64,000 nucleotides of DNA, taken from assembly GCF_009914755.1 (NCBI RefSeq), contig NC_060930.1. The stretch is one strand, 5' to 3'. This DNA is from the human T2T-CHM13v2.0 reference genome, Homo sapiens. Positions 1 to 15,417 of this stretch are shown here, in pieces. A program made the position numbers and the translations under genes. The notes under the pieces are model-generated. The model did not search any database and was not told where the DNA came from. It saw nothing but the letters and a program-made list of their open reading frames with translations. The stretch's first letter is position 1. Each line of letters starts with the position of its first letter.

Positions 1-275
1 CCTGTGATCCCAGCACTTTGGGAGGCCAAGGCGAGCGGATCACTTGAGGCCAGGAGTTCGAGACCAGCCTGGTCAACATGGCAAAACTCTGTCTCTACTA
101 AAAATACAAAAATTAGCTGGGCATCGTGATGCACACCTGTAATCCCAGCTACTCAGGAGGCTGAGGCAGGAGAATCGTTTGAACCTGGGAGGCAGAGGCT
201 GTAGTGAGCCAAGGTTGCACCACTACACTTCAGCTTGGACCACAGAGTGAGGCTCCGTCTCAAAAAAAAAAAAAA
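1..275 (+). mobile_element. AluS, 5' end cut by window edge
   Basis: Alu consensus (CCCAGCACTTTGGGAGGCC...GTCTC) followed by an A14 tail at 262-275. Confidence 0.95.
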
Positions 276-480
276 GGAAAATTTATTCAGAATCATCCAA
301 CAGAGAATCTGTGATGGCTTAGTGTCGTCAAGAAACATGATAATAATAAATGCAGTGAGTTCCACCTGCACAAACCTGCCAAGACCTGAGCCAGGCCGCC
401 AGGGCTCGCTTTCTCTCTCACCACAGCGGATGACATCACTGCAACCCAATCAGAAGAAAGCCAGCTTTAGCTGTGACTGA

Positions 481-488
481 TGACGTCA
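481..488. promoter_or_regulatory. Palindromic CRE motif (TGACGTCA)
   Basis: Exact motif in unique intronic sequence; function untested. Confidence 0.25.
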
Positions 489-3400
489 AAGGTTACAGGT
501 CTTAATAGGTGAAAATCCTTTTACTTGGGCCTTAAAGCTCTTGAAATTTTTTAGTTCAGCATTTGAGAATCAAAAATATGCCTTTTCTGGTCCAGAAAGA
601 AACTATTTGATTTCTTCTGTCAGCATTTTTTTTTTAAATTCCACTCAGTGTTGCTTCAGCGAGATTACCTGGCCCCAGTGGGGAACACATGGCAAGGCGA
701 TTTCTGCAGTCGGCTTGATTCCGACAAATGCTGGGTACGGAAAGAGCTTGGATCTGGCCTGAGTTCACTCAAGCGCCATGTGTGCAAAGTGGCTACGCCT
801 GGCAGCAAATGCTCCACATGCCAACGGCCAGAGCACAGCCCTAGACCGATGGCGGTGCGGCTGAACCACGAGGCCTCCGCAGCTATTTATTTCAGAGCCT
901 TGGTTTTATGGCTGTCATTCAGCCTTGGGTGCGTGGAGAGAGTCAGTCTGCCTGAGTCAATGTCTCATGCTCTCTGCGGCTAAGGTGAATGTTGTTCTAT
1001 CAGTATAATCGTCATGTATTTGTCTGAGATAGTTGCTAATTTCTACAGTCAGTTCTACAGTCTAGCTATTGTGTACCTAGGAAGTAACACAAACCATTGT
1101 TGTTACTGAGCCTGGCAAGTTGCATCATAAAATTCAAGCTTCCGAAAGCAGGTATTTAGTGTGAAGAAAGACTGGTAATGATAGTTTTATCATCATCTCA
1201 GTCACCTCTTAACCATTTCCTGATTCACTCAGGTGGTTTTTAATGGAGTTTCCCAAGTTAGTGTTTCCTGGGAGAATGTTTGGTTCGTTGCCTTCTAACA
1301 GCCTCCAGCTCTTCAGGCATCTCAGGCAGGAGAGCGTGTTGGGGCCGGGACTCTCCTCCCGTGGACCTGACAACTCTGCCTTCCCCGGTGTGGTCTCGCT
1401 GTTCCCTTTGAGAGTGCGATGCTGCCGCTTCAGCCAGGACGTTCTCAAAATTAGCAGAAGGGCTTCCTTCCTGAAATCGTGCCTATTTAGGATTTTCTTA
1501 GTCATTACGAAAAAGTATAGATAGAGTTCATAAATGACTTCATCTATTCGGTATCAAATGAACAACACTTCAGGCATGTTGAATGAGCAATCTAAAGGAA
1601 GCATTTATTTGTTTAATTTTTCCAGTGCCTTCAATAAGGCTTTCATTTCCAAATAACTCCTTTGTGTATTGCTGTTCATACAATGGCTATATATTTACCA
1701 TTTAACAGTATTGCCCCAAAGCGTAAGAGTGAGAAAAATCCAAATTTGAATTAAATTCTCCCTGAGCCTCGCAGTGGCCGTCACACGTTCCCCTCCTGCT
1801 TTTCGCGTCTCTAGGATCTCCGAGTGTCTTGACTACAACAAACCGTTCAGAGTTCTCAAGACGCAGGGCTCGGTGGCAAGCAAAGCGCCACGGGGGACAC
1901 ACAGCGCGTGGAGGCTCTGGAAGCAGTGGGGTGCGTGGGCCCAGACATACTTCCATGGAGGAGAAAGTGACCACTGTATGCTACAGGAAGCGTGGCTAAT
2001 TAGGCTTCCTCAGCTGGATGGCAAGCTCCCGGGGGTCTTTTTTGTCTCGCATTGCCCTATAGCGCGGAGTAGATGCTTAGTCTACAGGGAGGACAGCCTG
2101 TGAAACAGCTGCAGCTGCTGCCACGACCCACGGCGTTCTGCAGGACGGAGGAGCAACGCGTCAGCACACGTCCCGGGAGTGACGTGGGAAGACCTCGCTC
2201 TGGCCACCAAACCGTCCTTCCTTTCTGTCTTTGCTTCCTTCACCTTCGATTTTTTCCTTTCTCCTGTAATAGTCATAACTAAAGAACGTAGAAGAAAGAA
2301 TGAAGTTTGCACACAGTCTAGAATTGAAATGGAGAATACATCATCAGAATCCTAGGTCATCCAAGCCTCTTGCTGGTCCGTGTCCACGGAGTGGCAGATA
2401 TCTTTGTGAAATGTAAATGTGTCAGGTGCAGCTCCCCATTGCGGTGGCCCTCGGTGACAAGATATACGGCTGTCCCTTCACAGCCCCAAGCTGAGTTCAC
2501 GCAGCCCGGAGGATGCTATCGCTGGACAAGAGACCAGAGACCGGGATAGACACGTGCGTCCTAGTTCTGAACAAAATGGTATCCGGAAAGAGAAAGCATC
2601 CCATGGGGACAGTTTAAGGAGGTTTAGATAGAAAAATGAGTGTGCATATTATTCATGCTTAAACTGCTTACATCATCAAAAACACCAATATTCAGAGGAA
2701 TAAATGCACTTAAAATAATTCTTAACCAAGAACAACTTTGAGGCAGTAGGTCACATGCCTCCTGCATGGAGGGATCTCCAAGAACAGAAACTAAATCCCT
2801 CGTTCTCCTCTGCCTGCCTCTCATCTTTCCAGAAGCACCAGGTCTGGCTTAAACCATTGCTTTCATTCTATTTGTTTGATTATAAATAAAATATATCTTT
2901 TCCATCATCAATGTATATTTTCTAGCTCCCAGACATAAAATCCACTCCTTGCTTTCTAAATTGAAGTGTCATTTTCCTAATCAGAATTGACAATTGTAAA
3001 TAACCATTTGGGTTTATTCGTTTTAATGTCCTATTCTCACAAACGTATTTTTCACGTGTCGCATGTATTTAAAATGGTGAGTTCAAACTTAATCATCTCA
3101 ATTTCAGGCTCTCAAAAAACTGTCAATGTAGCAGGTTTGAAATGGAGACCTCATGATTCACCTGCTTCTCAACATAGTTAGACCCCAAACCGTGCAGGGT
3201 CATTGTTTCAGCATGAAAAGTAAAGGAGGTGTTCCTTTTTTGGTCTTTTTTCTACCCCAATGATACGCATTCTGCAACCACAAATATTCCAACTCCAACT
3301 CACTTTTTGAATAAGCAACTCCTATTGTGTTTTGTTCTTTTATCATTTGAGGTTATACACTGTGGAAAAACAAAAAAAGCTACATAGTTTACTTACTCCT

Positions 3401-4343
3401 ATGGTCAAATTTTTTTTAAAAGTAAGAACATGAGATAAAGTTCTGCTTGTCATTGCTGCCTTCTGGGGCAGTGGAAAAGCAGGTGCCTTAAGCTTTCCAT
3501 TGTGTGCAGATCTTCCACGCCCTTTCCCTCCATCAGGAAAATATGTCTGTCTCCTGGTCTATTCAGCTCTTGACCTTCTGACTCATATGCCGACAAAAGG
3601 CACCATTTATGAGTGACTAATGTATGTATCTTTGTCCATAAGGAACTTGATCACAGCAGCCACAACTCAGCATCATCATCAACTATCTTTTCCGTGTGCC
3701 CTCCAGGGGTTTATGCAATGGGCTCTGTCCTATGCAAACAGGCCATGCCACCTTCTCCCTAGGTCCACCTCTTTCATGCCTAGGAGGAGTTTATCAGCTA
3801 TAATTTGGGGAGAAGGGGCACACAAAGATGAGCCCAACTCTGAGGGGACATTTGTCCCTGCTTTGCTTGGAATCCTGGAAAGCTGAAGTTGTTTCTAAAA
3901 AGCACATTCTCTGCTGCTGACCTCCCCTGTCACGCAGGGTCCTCCCACCAGCACCTCTGTTCAAATCCCCTGTTGCTTTTCATCCTGCCCACCTTCTTCC
4001 TTAACATCTTTTCTTTACACCTGTAACAAATGTCAACAACGCCTCCTCCCAACACGAGCTTCCTCCTCCTCTCTCAATCCAACTCAAAGTCCTTCGTGGA
4101 AGGCTCCCCACAAGCGGAGCCACCGGGCTTCATCTCCCCCGTGCAGCCATTCCTGCCTGCACCTTCTCACGCCTCCGAACACCATGTCAATCTTAAGAAA
4201 TATAAACAGAAAAACCGGTGGACTTCAAATGCATATCCATTTACATGTTTGTTTTTACAAAGTGTATCGTTGTTTTCCTCAAAAACAATAGGGCAAGGAC
4301 CCTTTTGTTTCAAAATCTTATCTCTTGTTTATCTGATATATTC

Positions 4344-4650
4344 TTTTTGTTTTGTTTGTTTGTTTTTGAGACAGGGTCTTACTCTTTGCCCAGGCTGGAG
4401 TGCAGTGGCGCGATCATGGCTCGTTGCAACCTCGACCACCTGGGCTCAAGTGATCCTCCCACCTCAGCCTCTCAAGTAGCTGAGATTATAGGTACATGCC
4501 ACCACACCTAGCTAATTTTTTAATTTCTTTTATAGAGATGGGGTCTTGCTGTTGTTGCTCAGGCTGGTCTCAAACTCCTGGTCTCAAGCCATCCTCCCAC
4601 ATCAGCCTCCCAAAGTGCTGGTATTACAGGCATGAGTCACTGTATCCAGC
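4344..4650 (-). mobile_element. AluJ (antisense), host of the exonised PACRG cassette
   Basis: T-rich tail then GAGACAGGGTCT...GGCTCAAGTGATCCTCCCACCTCAGCC, typical of J subfamilies. Confidence 0.93.
4375..4491 (+). CDS. PACRG: PACRG alternative Alu-derived coding exon (117 nt, 39 aa: [39 protein letters not shown])
   Basis: Acceptor TTTTTGAGACAG| and donor ATAG|GTACAT. Length is a multiple of 3, there is no stop, and phase 1/1 matches the terminal exon. The peptide matches my recall of the insert in the long human PACRG isoform. Confidence 0.85.
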
Positions 4651-4651
4651 A

Positions 4652-4721
4652 TCTCTCTCTCTCTCTCTCTCTGTTCCTCTCTCTCATTCGTGTGTGTATA
4701 TATATATACATATATATATAT
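4652..4721. repeat. (CT)n then (TG)n(TA)n compound microsatellite
   Basis: Direct reading. Confidence 0.9.
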
Positions 4722-6422
4722 AACATTTTGAATATTTGGGATGATCAAACTTTAAATAAATTGAAATCCAGCTTTACCTGTGACAGCACAAACACATGTA
4801 CTATGAGGAACGAAAAACCCACCTAATCACAATGGCTTTGTGAACCATTTTAAGGTCATTTATTATGAATAAATGACATGCACTACAGTTGTGTGACTCA
4901 CAATCTTTTTTTTTCTGAAAATTAGTAATATATCTGCCTGCCTTCACCCTCACCAAAAGAAAAGAATAAGGATAGAAATTTATTGTGTGTATATCACAGA
5001 AGACAGTGATATTTCTCTAATAAGTTTCTGGAAAAATCAAGCAAAAGAACTGCTTCCCTGTGCTGTGTAGGATTGTAATTGTTATATTTATTCTGGTCTG
5101 AACCATTACTAAGTCTTTTTTAAATGTCTCGAATGACTAATTAAGGATAAAAGGTTGGAAACACCATTTTTCCCTCTATTATTTTCACATTCAAACAAGA
5201 TAAACATTGTGGGTCTACACTTGAAATATGAATAAAATGAATTCTTTCTCTGGTGAAATGCACATTTTCAAGTTGCACTGAAGGTCCCTGGCCCCATGGC
5301 ACTCTCTAGGCCTGAGCTGTCACCCTCATCCTACTGGGTCCTCCCAGCCCACCTGTGTACTTTCCTTCCACCATAGATAAGGCAGGACACACTCATGACT
5401 TGCTTGCTGGGAGAATAAATGTCGTTGAAGCCCTTGGTAACCTAGGAGTGGAATACAACAGAAAGCGTGGAATGACTATCGTTAGAGAAAACAATTGTGG
5501 AATATCTACACGCAGAATGGAAACTAAGGGGCCCCATTTTTGTCAGACTCCCTCACCCTTGGTAACTCCTGCAGCTTGGATACAATCGCATATCTCTTTC
5601 CTTAGTGATTTGAGATTGAGTCTGTGGTGTAGAGGAGAGGCTCTTAGCCATAGGTTCCTGGCCTTTGAAGGCCACCCTAGGAATTGCTTCCCTCGTAGCA
5701 TCAGAGGCAGCTGAAGCGGTCACTTCCAGACTCTGCAGCTGACACACCTCCCCGGACTTGGGGACTCCAAAACTAGCAGTGGCACAAACTCCCTGCAAAG
5801 CCCTGACTGACAAATAGCTGTCATCCCAGCATTGAGTGATAGTTCGGGAGCAGCCAGGGCAGGAGAAGCAGCTTCCTCCTGTCCCACCTGCACCTGGAAT
5901 GAGCAAAATGATTTCAAGGAACTGAACACTTGGATTACTGGGATTCAGGAGAAAGAGTTTGCCATGTGTTCAAAAGCAGCAGAGATGCGGGTGGGGGCTA
6001 AGCCTCATTCCAAAGCAGATCCATTTTAAATCACACGGAACGAACAGCCTGATCTCACAATAGACTGTTCCTTCTAAGTACACTGTGCTGTGATTTTGGA
6101 AAACTCAGGGCCCAAGAGAACACTCTGTATATAATAGATCAAGAAAGAGAGTCCCCGACTTGTCATCTTTCTTGTAACTGTGATTCACTTACTTTTGTTT
6201 ACTCTGTTATTCCTTTATTTTAGGTTATTTTTCATCGGCTCCAATCTGGGACTTGGTATTTTTGTACAGTTGCCACTGCTTTTAAAACTCCGCAAGATCG
6301 TGTAAAAATCTTGCATGTTTGTGTCTCCTAATAAGCATTCAGAGAAAATGCCTAGACTGTGTAGGACTTTTCGGGAAATTGCAGAGAAGTAACTGGCCTC
6401 TTTGTGTGTTTGCATGCACCAG

Positions 6423-6583
6423 TGAACTCCGGAGACGGCATTGACTACAGCCAGCAGAAGAGGGAGAACATTGGGGACTTGATCCAGGAGACACTGGAGG
6501 CCTTCGAGCGCTACGGAGGAGAAAATGCCTTTATCAACATTAAGTACGTGGTCCCAACCTACGAGTCTTGCTTGCTAAACTAA
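6423..6583 (+). CDS. PACRG: PACRG (parkin co-regulated protein) terminal coding exon
   Basis: Acceptor ...GCACCAG|TG. Translates to (V)[52 protein letters not shown]-stop, the recognised PACRG C-terminus. TAA at 6581-6583. Confidence 0.97.
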
Positions 6584-6882
6584 CAGTGGCAGCAGCTGGG
6601 ACTTGAAACCTCCCGTTGGTGTTGGGATCATCTGTCTCTGTTGCTTTTAGCATCTCATTCCTTGTGACTTCCACAGCTTTCTTTTCTACAGCTGCTAAAA
6701 TAGTGGCTTATGGGCCATTGGACTGTTAGCCCTATTGAGAGCAAGGCTTTCCAATACATAAATAGTGTCTGTTTCTTAGATTACAATAGTGTACTGTGCT
6801 TATTTGTTCTAAGAGAAGAATTGCTTCTTTATACAGCTCCGACAGAAGCAGGAGTCCGAGTTAAACCTTCAGTTGTATAGAC

Positions 6883-6888
6883 AATAAA
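6883..6888 (+). terminator. Proximal polyadenylation signal AATAAA
   Basis: Canonical hexamer with a GU-rich tract (TGTTCTGTGTGTG) ~35 nt downstream. Confidence 0.6.
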
Positions 6889-7069
6889 CTATAATTTTCA
6901 TATGCAATTCAGCAATTGCTGTTCTGTGTGTGCCTGCCCTGGGGGTGATGTCAGAGGTTGTAAGGGAAGAGTTTATGCTGACTGCTTACTAGGTGTTTGT
7001 CATGGAAGAGAAGCATGGGTTCAGCAGTGCCTCTCTAGCAGCTGTGCGGAATAATGTGCTTTGACATTC

Positions 7070-7075
7070 AATAAA
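7070..7075 (+). terminator. Distal polyadenylation signal AATAAA
   Basis: Canonical hexamer ~490 nt after the stop. Confidence 0.7.
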
Positions 7076-7726
7076 ACTGTTGAATCTATATTCCAATTAC
7101 AGCAGGAAATTTTTCCAGCCCATTATAACCTCAGCTACAGTTGTAATTAATGCCTCTAGCCTACTAGTGATCTGGGCTTCAGGGGCTTTTCAGTTTATAT
7201 TTGGGTGCAGGTAGGGGAAAACTAGGGAGAGGATGGGGTCAGGGTTACGTGTGAAACGTAACTTGGCAAATATGTTTAAAAAAAAAAAACAAGGGCTAGC
7301 TTGAATCCTTGTCTCTCCACCGTATGGCACACTGCATCTCAGGACCTGGTGTGTTATTGACAAAAGTGTTATCTGGCAGTTTGTTTAGGGCTTTTAATTA
7401 TTTTTGAAAATGACTTATATGTATCTTAATGATTACTCCTTGAAACAGATCAAAATTCTTCCTTGGCAACTCTTCTTCCTTGCTTCCTCCCACTAGTTGG
7501 ATGACTTCTCATAGCACGCAGTGGGTCTGATGGCCATTTTTGGGGATTTTATTGAGACCAAAAAGGAAAAAAAAAAAAAAGACAAAAGACATGCACTTTT
7601 TCATTCAATTGAAAAAGAAAAAAGTGCCCAAAGGGAAGAGCAACTGTAAGATAGCCCCAGATCGTGGCTCTTCAGGCACGTCAGATGGGAGCTTCAGGCA
7701 TTTGAAACTTAGCCCAGAAAACTTCA

Positions 7727-8173
<447 letters not shown>

Positions 8174-8374
8174 TCAGCCTCCAAACTGTTTTCACTATCT
8201 AAGGCATAAGTTTCTAAAGGCAAACACCAATTTTGAAAATGAGCTCATCGTTCATTTCCCCTTATTACTGTCTCAGCATGTGCAATCTAGCATCTAAAGA
8301 GCTACCGTCCTGTTTCTGTAAGCATTTTCTACGGTGAAGGGAGAGGCGTGATTGGATAAGACAAACTGACTTTG

Positions 8375-8669
<295 letters not shown>

Positions 8670-9014
8670 GACAAATTGACTTTGATGCATAATATTTGGT
8701 AAAGGCACAGATAGAAGTAGACATCCACAGATTAAGGCAGGTTATTCTGCAAACTATGACATTCAATTGCATCCATCAGCTGGCGTCAGTGAAACAATCA
8801 AAAGGAACACCAAAGTCCATAAGGTTATTAGTTAGAAGGACCGTGGCTTGTTGGCGCCTTTGAAGGCTGGTGCTGGAATGGCTCTGACCCGGCTCTGTTG
8901 GCAGCTCTGGCTGCTGATTCTTCATTATACTCATGAAAACTGCCTGGTAGAGGAGCAAGAAGACCTGGCCACTTAGCCAAGAGCCCTAACTTTGGAATTA
9001 AAACATCAGGCTTT

Positions 9015-9332
<318 letters not shown>

Positions 9333-9339
9333 TCATTGA

Positions 9340-9500
9340 CGAGTTCTGTCACTTATTTGCTCTGCTGCCTTGAGCAAGATACTGAACCTCTCTGAAACTC
9401 ACATCGCCTCAGCTGTGAAGTGGGGATGTCCCCTGCGTGCTGCGGAATTATAAGCTGTAGGGGTAACCTATGAAAAGTGCTACCAGAGTTTCTGATACCT
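9340..9500 (+). mobile_element. MIR fragment
   Basis: CCTTGAGCAAG..ACCTCTCTGAA..CTGTGAAGTGGGGAT resembles the MIR core. Confidence 0.55.
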
Positions 9501-10234
9501 GTCAGACTTTTATTTCAAAGAAAAACAAGTACAAAACATGACTACTCTCTACCCGGGCAGAGCGATATATATATCTGAGAACTCCTCAGACAATATGATG
9601 CTTCTTACGTGCAATGGTGAGTTTCTTGTGAAAAGAAGATAATTTTGCAAAAACCCAAAATAACTATATAGATAGTATCATGTTCTCTGGAAATTAAAAG
9701 GCAAAATAAAACCCCAAAACCCACATTTTTGTTATTTTAATAGAATTAGAAAAGACTGCTTTTTCCGATGGTCAGCCCACCTACGTCTGCCTTCTAAAAT
9801 AATACCCGGGTCTCCTGCCAAATAATTTCTGATTAACTCAACAGAGAAGGAGGAAATGTCAGCAGCTTTCCGGCCTCTGAGCAAGACAACAGCTTCTTCC
9901 ACCTGCTACATTTATACACTGAAACCGCCTTTCTAAGACAGCTAAAGGAACGGAATGATGAAAAGTGGGAAATACTGGGGACTGAGTATTAGGCAAGGGT
10001 TTTTGTTTGTCCTCTTATGACTGTTACATTTACTCGAAGACACCATTCAGGTGTTCAAGTCAGTTAAGAGGGAGGCAAGGAATGAGATCTTGGACGCCAG
10101 GGTAGGGGAGCTGGGTGGGAAGGCTGAGCCGGTCACTCAGGAGCTGGACAGCCTGGAGCGAGTCACTTTGTCTTTCCTCGCCTGCAGTACAGCCTCTCTT
10201 CCCAGGTCACTGCGAGGACACGATGATAGATACT

Positions 10235-10405
10235 ACAGCATAATGGTTCTGGTGCAGGAGTGGGAGCCCAGCAGAACTGCGTTTGAAGTATCTTTCTACC
10301 ACTGAGTAGCTGTCTTGTGACCTTGGGCAAATTATGTAAATGCTCTAAAACTCAACTCCCTCTTCCAAAACTGGGCTGTATGAGGTCTACCTTGCAGGTT
10401 TGTTA
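10235..10405 (+). mobile_element. MIR fragment
   Basis: GTGACCTTGGGCAAATTA core. Confidence 0.6.
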
Positions 10406-10791
10406 CAAGCGTCGCACACATGCATGTTTGTCCAGGGCTCCCCGAGGTCCATGGCGGGATACCCGTGAGGATGGAGGGATGTTCCTGGGGAAGCAGCCAA
10501 CCAAGTACCTGGAGAAAACAGGTGCTCCGTCATCGTGTGGTCCCCCAGGAGAGCCGGGATCTAATGTCTGCTGAGCCCTCATTGGCCGGGGTGGGTGGTC
10601 TCTGGCCCCCAACAGGCCCAAGTGAGACGGATGCCAGGATTTGCAGCCCACACACCCTCCTGGAAGTCATCTCCATGGGCACACTGCTCGCTATGAGAGT
10701 ATCCTTCCCTGCCCATCGGGTGGGAAGAATGGCACATGATTTTTATGGCCTGACTCTACATGAGAAATGTCAGTCAAAAATATGGCGTTCA

Positions 10792-11076
10792 GGCTGGGCG
10801 TGGTGGCTCACACCTGTAATCCCAGCACTTTGGGAGGCTGAGACAGGTAGATCACCCAAGGTCAGGAGTTTGAGACCAGCTTGGCCAACATGGTGAAACC
10901 CCGTCTCTACTAAAAATACAAAAAATAAGCCAGACGTAGTGTCAGCAGCCTGTAATCCCAGCTACTCGGGAGGCTGAGGTGAGAGAATTGCTTAAACCTG
11001 GAGGCAGAGGTTGCAGTAAGCTGAGACTGCATCATTGCACTCCAGCCTGAGCAACAAGAGCAAAACTCCATCTCAA

Positions 11077-11077
<1 letters not shown>
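10792..11077 (+). mobile_element. AluS
   Basis: Full dimer; tail converted to a microsatellite. Confidence 0.95.
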
Positions 11078-11125
<48 letters not shown>

Positions 11126-11144
11126 GAGAGAGAGAGAGAGAGAG
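11077..11144. repeat. (AT)n(AG)n microsatellite
   Basis: About 18 uninterrupted AT units, then ~10 AG units. Confidence 0.95.
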
Positions 11145-13079
11145 TTAAAAAACTCTGTGAAATGGTTACATCCTTAGGAAATATTATTTTCAAAGCTGAA
11201 GATGATATCTTAAACAACAACAACAACAAAAAAAACCCTTAAGTCCTTCTGGGGTTGACCTCCATGGATCTCTAGCGAAGTTTCAGTATAGGTCGTGGGA
11301 CATCTCAGACTGCTAATTTAGAGAAGCTAAAACTAAAGAGTTTTAAGTCTGTTTCAACATGCACTGCTGCCTGTTTTACTTCTGTTGGTTATTTTGAGAA
11401 GTTCATCACGAGCCTTTTGCAAGCAAAAGCTGGGAGGCTCAAAGATGGATCTTCTTTCAAAGGAGTACTATACCTGGGGAAATGCCCTGTGGATATTTTT
11501 CTAAATATAAATTTTGATTCTCCAATAGGATTTTAAATGGAATCAGAAAGCCTCAAATGCTTTCCAAACAATTCCCTCTACGAAAGCTTCCTTCATTAGA
11601 AATGTACCCATTGATCAAAGTTTGTCCAAAATGTGACACTTCCAAGATATAAGGAGGCTTTGCTTTCAGCAAAGTGAAACTGACTTTGACCAAGTTCCCA
11701 TTCACACCACGTCGATTCATGTTCACCAAACATCCAGGGCCCGGAAGGACCTTGGCGGTCACACAGCTTGTGGGTCAGCAGTGCCTAGTCACACAGAGGT
11801 AACCAGGGCGGTACCCATTCTCCAGGATCTGCCACCTCCACACAGGTGTCCACTGGAGGCTTGCTAGGCAGCTCGTAAAACACCATATTCTTTTTCAGAC
11901 CAAGAAAAAAGAGCTTTCCCAAGCACAACCAACCCCATTTTTGTTAAAATCGCCTGTTTGAAGGGACTTAAAGTTTCTATTACCTTTTGTGGAGTAGATT
12001 CAGTATTTCTTTGGTTTCCTAGGGAATCTGAGGGAGTCTCCTGTGTGCTTGGAGGGAAAGGCCACTTTAAAATGGGCACTCTATTATGATTATTTGTAAT
12101 CATGACGTTGTAATACAAAAGGAAGTCATCCTCCTCTCTGTCCTGCAATGAGAAGACAATAATACAAGTATACTTGGCTTAATCAAGAGCACTTTGCAAC
12201 AGGAAGATATGTACCGGTGTTGAATCCGATTCTAAAAATATCTCCCATCATCTTTGTTTCTTTTGCAGTCTTAAATGTGTGGATGCATGCAAGCTGCATG
12301 GAAATCCAAAACAGAAGTCAAGCTTTGTTTTGAAGAAACCCTAACTAGCAAACCCTAGTTTGCTCTCCAGTTCAAGTGCTGGTGATGATATTAAAGAAGC
12401 GTGTAGTAGCTATAGAAGAAACTTTCTAAGATTCTTTCCATGGTTGCCTCAATAAGAAATGATTCTATTCCTTTTGCTTGCACAATCTTATCCAATTTTA
12501 GATCTCACTACTGATATAGCTCGGTTCTTCTTACAAGTAACTTGGCAATTACCCAATTCTCCTATCAGTAGTTAATGACATGGACAGATATGTGGTGGAA
12601 AGTGCCCTTTGCACATTGATTGATTTGCATTTCTCTGTTACAGAGGTTGACTTTTGCTTTCCCCAGTGGGAATATTTGTAAGGTACTTGGATTCTTTATT
12701 CATTTTTACTTTGCCAAGTTTCTGTAAGTTTAAATCTGGGTGAAAGGATTTGTTCTCTTCCTGTGCTTGATAAGTGTAAAAATTTATTACTTTAGCTTCT
12801 TTTTTATTTAGAATTTATTGGGAAATATTCCCTAGCATTGCCTTAAGAATCTGTTGGAAACTCTGCACCCTCTACCCAGACAAGTGCACATGACATACAG
12901 TATTTTGAAGATAATTTGAGGGCATTTACAGATGTTGTAATTTCCATCTAAGAAATGGCAGTGCTTCCATTGAGAGAAGGAGAAGAGAGAATGTACCGTC
13001 CACCTGCTTAGTGACAACCACCCAGGGAGCCTGAGGGCCACTGCAGTAAGGACAGGCCGTGTTGTGTGGGAGGTGCATG

Positions 13080-14686
<1,607 letters not shown>

Positions 14687-15228
14687 GAGCGTGTCCTGTG
14701 TCAAAGGTACTGCTGTCTTGAGGGAAGAATTATCAGCCCAAGGTAAGATTCCTTGGAGACACTCAGGCTTTGGAAAACACAAATAGATGCTGCTCTCGTG
14801 GAGAAAGGTGTTCATTATTCTGTTTAAACCAAGTCAGAGGAAAGTATTTTAAATACCCTCCAAAGCTCCCGGAAATGCAGGGCCCACCTGTCTGTTCAAA
14901 GACAGACCAACATCCTTCGTGTGAGCTGCAGCCTAAGCAGGGGTCTGGTGTGGACGCCACGTGACACACTCACCGTCTCCTCCGGATTTCTCACTGGGTT
15001 CCTCTGGGGACCACGCAGGACCCGCACTAGATGAGCATCACTGAGGCTGCAAGCCGGTGTGCAGACCCCTTCCAGACGCTCCCCCGCCGTCCAGTGTGCC
15101 CTGTAGAGGACTCAGTGCAAGTGGCCTCAAAAGGCCATTCACATTCACATTCTCAGTGAGACCAAAGAGAAGGAGACCAAGTGTCCTGACCCCTCTGACA
15201 GCCAGAGTTACCCCAGCACACCCTAGAT

Positions 15229-15417
15229 CAGCAGTTCTCAAAGTGGGCTCCCGGGGCAGCAACCTCAGCGTCACCTGGGAGCTTGGGAAGAGGAGCTCGT
15301 GTTCTTAGGGCCCTCCCTAGAGCCGCTGAATCAGAAACTTTGGGATGGGGTCTGTCAATCTGTGTTTGGACAAGTTCCCCAGTGACTGTCACACACCATG
15401 AAGTCTGAGAACCACTG
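15229..15417. mobile_element. MER5A (hAT-Charlie MITE)
   Basis: TIRs CAGCAGTTCTCA...TGAGAACCACTG and internal CTGAATCAGAAACT; ~189 bp. Confidence 0.85.

Larger units (their letters stand above)
6584..7095 (+). other. PACRG: PACRG 3' UTR (end approximate)
   Basis: Follows the stop codon and contains two AATAAA hexamers. Confidence 0.8.
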
